Source of the DNA: Phaeosaccion multiseriatum
Taxonomy: Eukaryota; Protista; Ochrophyta, other classes
DNA: 64,000 nt
NCBI GenBank assembly: GCA_965112735.1
Contig: OZ218960.1
Span: forward strand, 1,302,001-1,366,000
Direction of reading: 5' to 3'
Shown here: piece by piece, positions 60,616 through 64,000 of the stretch
Layout of the letters: the number at the start of each line of letters is the position of its first letter
Position numbering within the stretch: position 1 is the first letter of the stretch
The notes under the pieces: model-generated
What the model saw: only the letters and a program-made list of their open reading frames with translations
What the model was told of the DNA's origin: nothing
Databases searched by the model: none
Made by a program: the position numbers and the translations under genes

Positions 60616-61168
60616 ACTGTTTGACCAACTGCTGTATCACCAACTGCAGGTGGCCTGGAACAAGAACGGCAACTGGCTACTGTCGGCCTCTCGAGACCAG
60701 CTCATCAAGCTGCACGACATACGTACCATGCGGGAGATGGAGAGCTTCAAGGGGCACTACCGGTGAGGGGTAGGAACTCGACTCTCTGTGCCTCTGTGCT
60801 TCTCTTCTCTCCTCTCCCTCTCCTTCTCTTCTCTCTCTCTTTCCCTATATTACTACAGTGAGGGAAGGGGGCAAGCAAGGCGCTATCTTCTTTCAGTTGT
60901 CTCTTTGTCTCTCTCTTCCTCCCTCTCTCTCTCACGTACACACACCCTCCCGTCCTTCCTTCCTCCCTCCCTCCTTCCCTCCCAGAGACGTGACCACCCT
61001 GGCCTGGCACCCCTTCATGGAGCAGCTCTTCGTCTCAGGTGGCGACGACGGCACCCTCATCTACTGGACAACCAACTCGGATAGGCCGCAGGCGGCGGTT
61101 CCCCAGGCGCACGGATATGGGGCGGTGTGGGGCCTGGCGTGGCACCCCCTGGGTCACGTGCTGGCTTC

Positions 61169-61203
<35 letters not shown>

Positions 61204-62368
61204 AGCGTGGGTGGGTGGGTGGGTGGGTGGGTGTGTGTGTGGGTGTGTGGGTGAGTGTGTGGAGGGGGGGGGGGGGGGGCTGAATGGGTGTGTGTCCCTG
61301 AGAATACAGCCTGAATGCTGCTCCCACTCCAACGACCTCTAACACACCGTTTGCGGATGCACACATACGTCTGCTCCACCACCACCACTCCGCCCCTCTT
61401 TGTTGTGCTGCTGCGCCGTATACACGCAGGTTCAAACGACCACACCACCAAGTTTTGGGTGAGGCCTCGGCCTGGTGACCCCCTGGGAGTCATGCCGGTG
61501 AGCGGAGCAAGGCGCACACGCAGACAGATAGACAGCGTGACTTCACCCCCATATGCCTCTAATGTCTCTTTTCATCTCTCTCTAATGTACCTCCTCCATC
61601 TCCTTCCCCACATACCTCTTCCATATCCCTCCCAAAAATATACCTCTAATGTCCCTTTTCATCTCCCTCCCCATGCATCCTCTCTTCCATGTCCCTCCCC
61701 ATCTCCCTCCCACACACCTCTTCCATCTCCCTCCCCACCTCCCGCTTGAATCTCCTTTCTTCTGTGGTAGGAGGTGGACGAGAACGGTGCCCCTCTCGAA
61801 GGATTCGTCCCAGGGGGGCTAGAGACAGGCTCAGGCGCACATCAAACAGAGACGGCAGGAGAGGACCAAGGAGGGCCCTCGTCAGCTGCCATCCCTGGAA
61901 TGGGGTCCAAACTGCGCGGACCTTTACCTGGGCAGCAGAGCCTCCTTCTTCCGGCGTTGCGAGGCGGCAGGGGCGGCGCGGGTGGAGGTGGGGAGGGAGG
62001 AGGAGGAGGAGGAGGAGGAGGAGGAGGAGGGGGGGGGTCGGGCAACGTACCGCCAGCGAACTACCTCTGCAACAAGTGCAAGGTTGGTAAATAAGGGGGT
62101 TGTGGTAGCTTGTGTTTCTTCTTCTTATTGCGTACCACGTCTCACGCAAGTAAGCACTTCGCTGTTGCCCTGTCCTATCTCTCTTCATAACGATGCTCTC
62201 TCGTGTCGCCCCGCGCGCACACACACACGCACACGCATACACAATACACACGCACACATACACACACTTCATGCGCACACATATACACACGCGCACACAC
62301 ATACATACCACATGCACACGGATACACACGCACACACACATGCACACACACACACGTACATACACACA

Positions 62369-62419
<51 letters not shown>

Positions 62420-62777
62420 TCACGCACCACGACAACAGATCCCTGGACACTACATCCAGGACTGCACAATGGCGAGCGTGCCCCCTCCGTCTTATGTGTG
62501 CCATGGCTGCGGCAAGAGAGGGCATTACAAGAAGGACTGCCCACTGCTCAGCGGAGGGGGGGGGAGAGGACGGGATGGGGGGAGAGATGGCGGCAGAGAT
62601 GGCAGCGGTAGTAGCGGCAGCAGGGGCGGAAGGGAGGGAGGGAGGTATGGAGGGGGAGGGGGCCGGGGAGGAGGGAGCTCGGGAGCATACGGGCCGGCCT
62701 CGCATTCATCGCCCCCACCTCCTCCTCCACCTCCCCCTCCCTCACAGCCATCCTACGCGCAGTTCAGGCCCAGCTGA
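58242..62777 (+). CDS. WDR33: Polyadenylation factor WDR33/Pfs2/FY WD40 protein with two C-terminal CCHC zinc knuckles
   Basis: [14 protein letters not shown]|[31 protein letters not shown]|[58 protein letters not shown]|SNDHTTKFW-x-RPRPG. Tail [11 protein letters not shown]|IPGHYIQDC and [21 protein letters not shown]. Confidence 0.92.
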
Positions 62778-62786
62778 GGGGCTGGG

Positions 62787-62824
<38 letters not shown>

Positions 62825-64000
62825 GCCACACGGGATGATGTTGCGCGTTTGTATACGCATTTGGCCATGTGGGGAATGAGAGGAAACGGGGCCTTGTGTT
62901 TTGCCTCCCTCTTCCAGAGCTTTTGATGTATTTCAGGAGCTACCAATTCATTTTACGATCGTCTGCAAGAAGCTTTGCGACTGTGCTTCCTTCCTTTCGA
63001 TGTCGATAACCCAAGAAAGCAACGCATGCACACACATTGCTCTGTCTACTGCCCTTCCCCTCCCCCTTTCGCCACCTCTACGAGAGGTAAAAGTAACGTG
63101 TAGCTATCAAGCTCTTGCTTGTTGCAGGCCCTGTCGGGGAGGGGGAGGGGGGCAGAGCGCTTCGAGGTGCGGGTGGGAGATGTATTCCATGCTTCCAATC
63201 AATCAGGAGCGGCCCACCTCCCATCTGTAGCCATCGCTGCTGCTGCTGCTGCCGCTGCTGCCGCTCCTGGTGCTGCTCGACCACCCGCTGCCAGGAGCTG
63301 TCGTGTATCGTTTGCTGCTCTGCTTTCGCGCGAGAGCGTCAAGGCTACGTCCATCTCCGAGGGCGAGCAGGAGCGTGAGCCGCGCTCTCTTTTCCTCCAT
63401 GGCGACGGCAAATGGGGACGCACAAGCGAAACCAAACGCCTCTGTCGGGGGACCTCGACCAACCCGAAAAGCAAACAGACGCAGGGCGGGATGACAAAGC
63501 TCCGACCCGTCGAGCCTTCCTTCCTCCCCTGTGAGTTTGGGTGCTGCGTCGTATAGCATTGGTCAAAACAGGTCGCCACGCTTCTCCCCTAATAGCAAGC
63601 AGTTGGTGCCAACATGACCTACTCTCGGGGTATAGCAGTTGGTGATACAGCAGCAGCAGCAGCAGCAGCACCAGCAGCGGAGCCCCTCGCTGTCCGCCTC
63701 TATGGAGCCACGTCCCCTCCCCCCCCCCCGCCGCAGAAGCTCTCTTCCGCTACAAGGGGCCACACAGCGGCGGCACTTCCGTCTCAACGGATGGCACTCC
63801 ACGTCATCAGCACTCCACTACGGGGTTAGAACACACACTCTATCCACCCACTCCTCCGTAGGATTGGACGATACCCTGACTCACTCAGTCACTGACTTAC
63901 TCAGTCACTGACTTACTCCCTCTGTCCACACGCCCCTGCGGGCTCTCCTCCCCACCAACAAAGCTCCGAGACTCTGCTTGCACCTGAGCCAAGGTCAAGG

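Noticed and set aside
63078-63830. 3' part of a further minus-strand gene at the window end
   Set aside because: Coding-like GC-rich, CAG-repeat sequence is present, but no recognisable motif or reliable frame could be established.

Overview
Intron-rich, GC-rich eukaryotic nuclear DNA, most consistent with a stramenopile/ochrophyte-type alga (inference from gene content and style). About 14 protein genes lie in almost strictly alternating orientation: a DUF202 membrane protein, mitoribosomal mL59, a CSPP1/CCDC66-like protein, a tandem double 2H-phosphoesterase, an SDR, a Strawberry notch helicase, TSR3, a K+-independent H+-PPase, DUF711, two receptor-like paralogues, a RING-H2 protein, a URI/Bud27-like protein and WDR33 with C-terminal zinc knuckles. 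The dominant structure is a ~23 kb palindrome (arms ~31435-42643 and ~42989-54556, 345 bp spacer). Each arm carries one head-to-head copy of a secreted-type 7-blade RCC1/BLIP-II propeller + (TAAP)n mucin stalk + multipass membrane protein. Arm identity is a mosaic: apparently identical for ~2.85 kb next to the spacer, patchy in the middle, strongly diverged in the cytoplasmic tail and 3' UTR. The arms also differ by a cluster of non-synonymous changes in the last blade, a lost splice donor and stalk length. Other notable items are a 171-bp tandem array, a small highly structured insertion flanked by 10-bp direct repeats, and microsatellites growing out of splice signals. All gene models and family assignments were made by eye, without searches.
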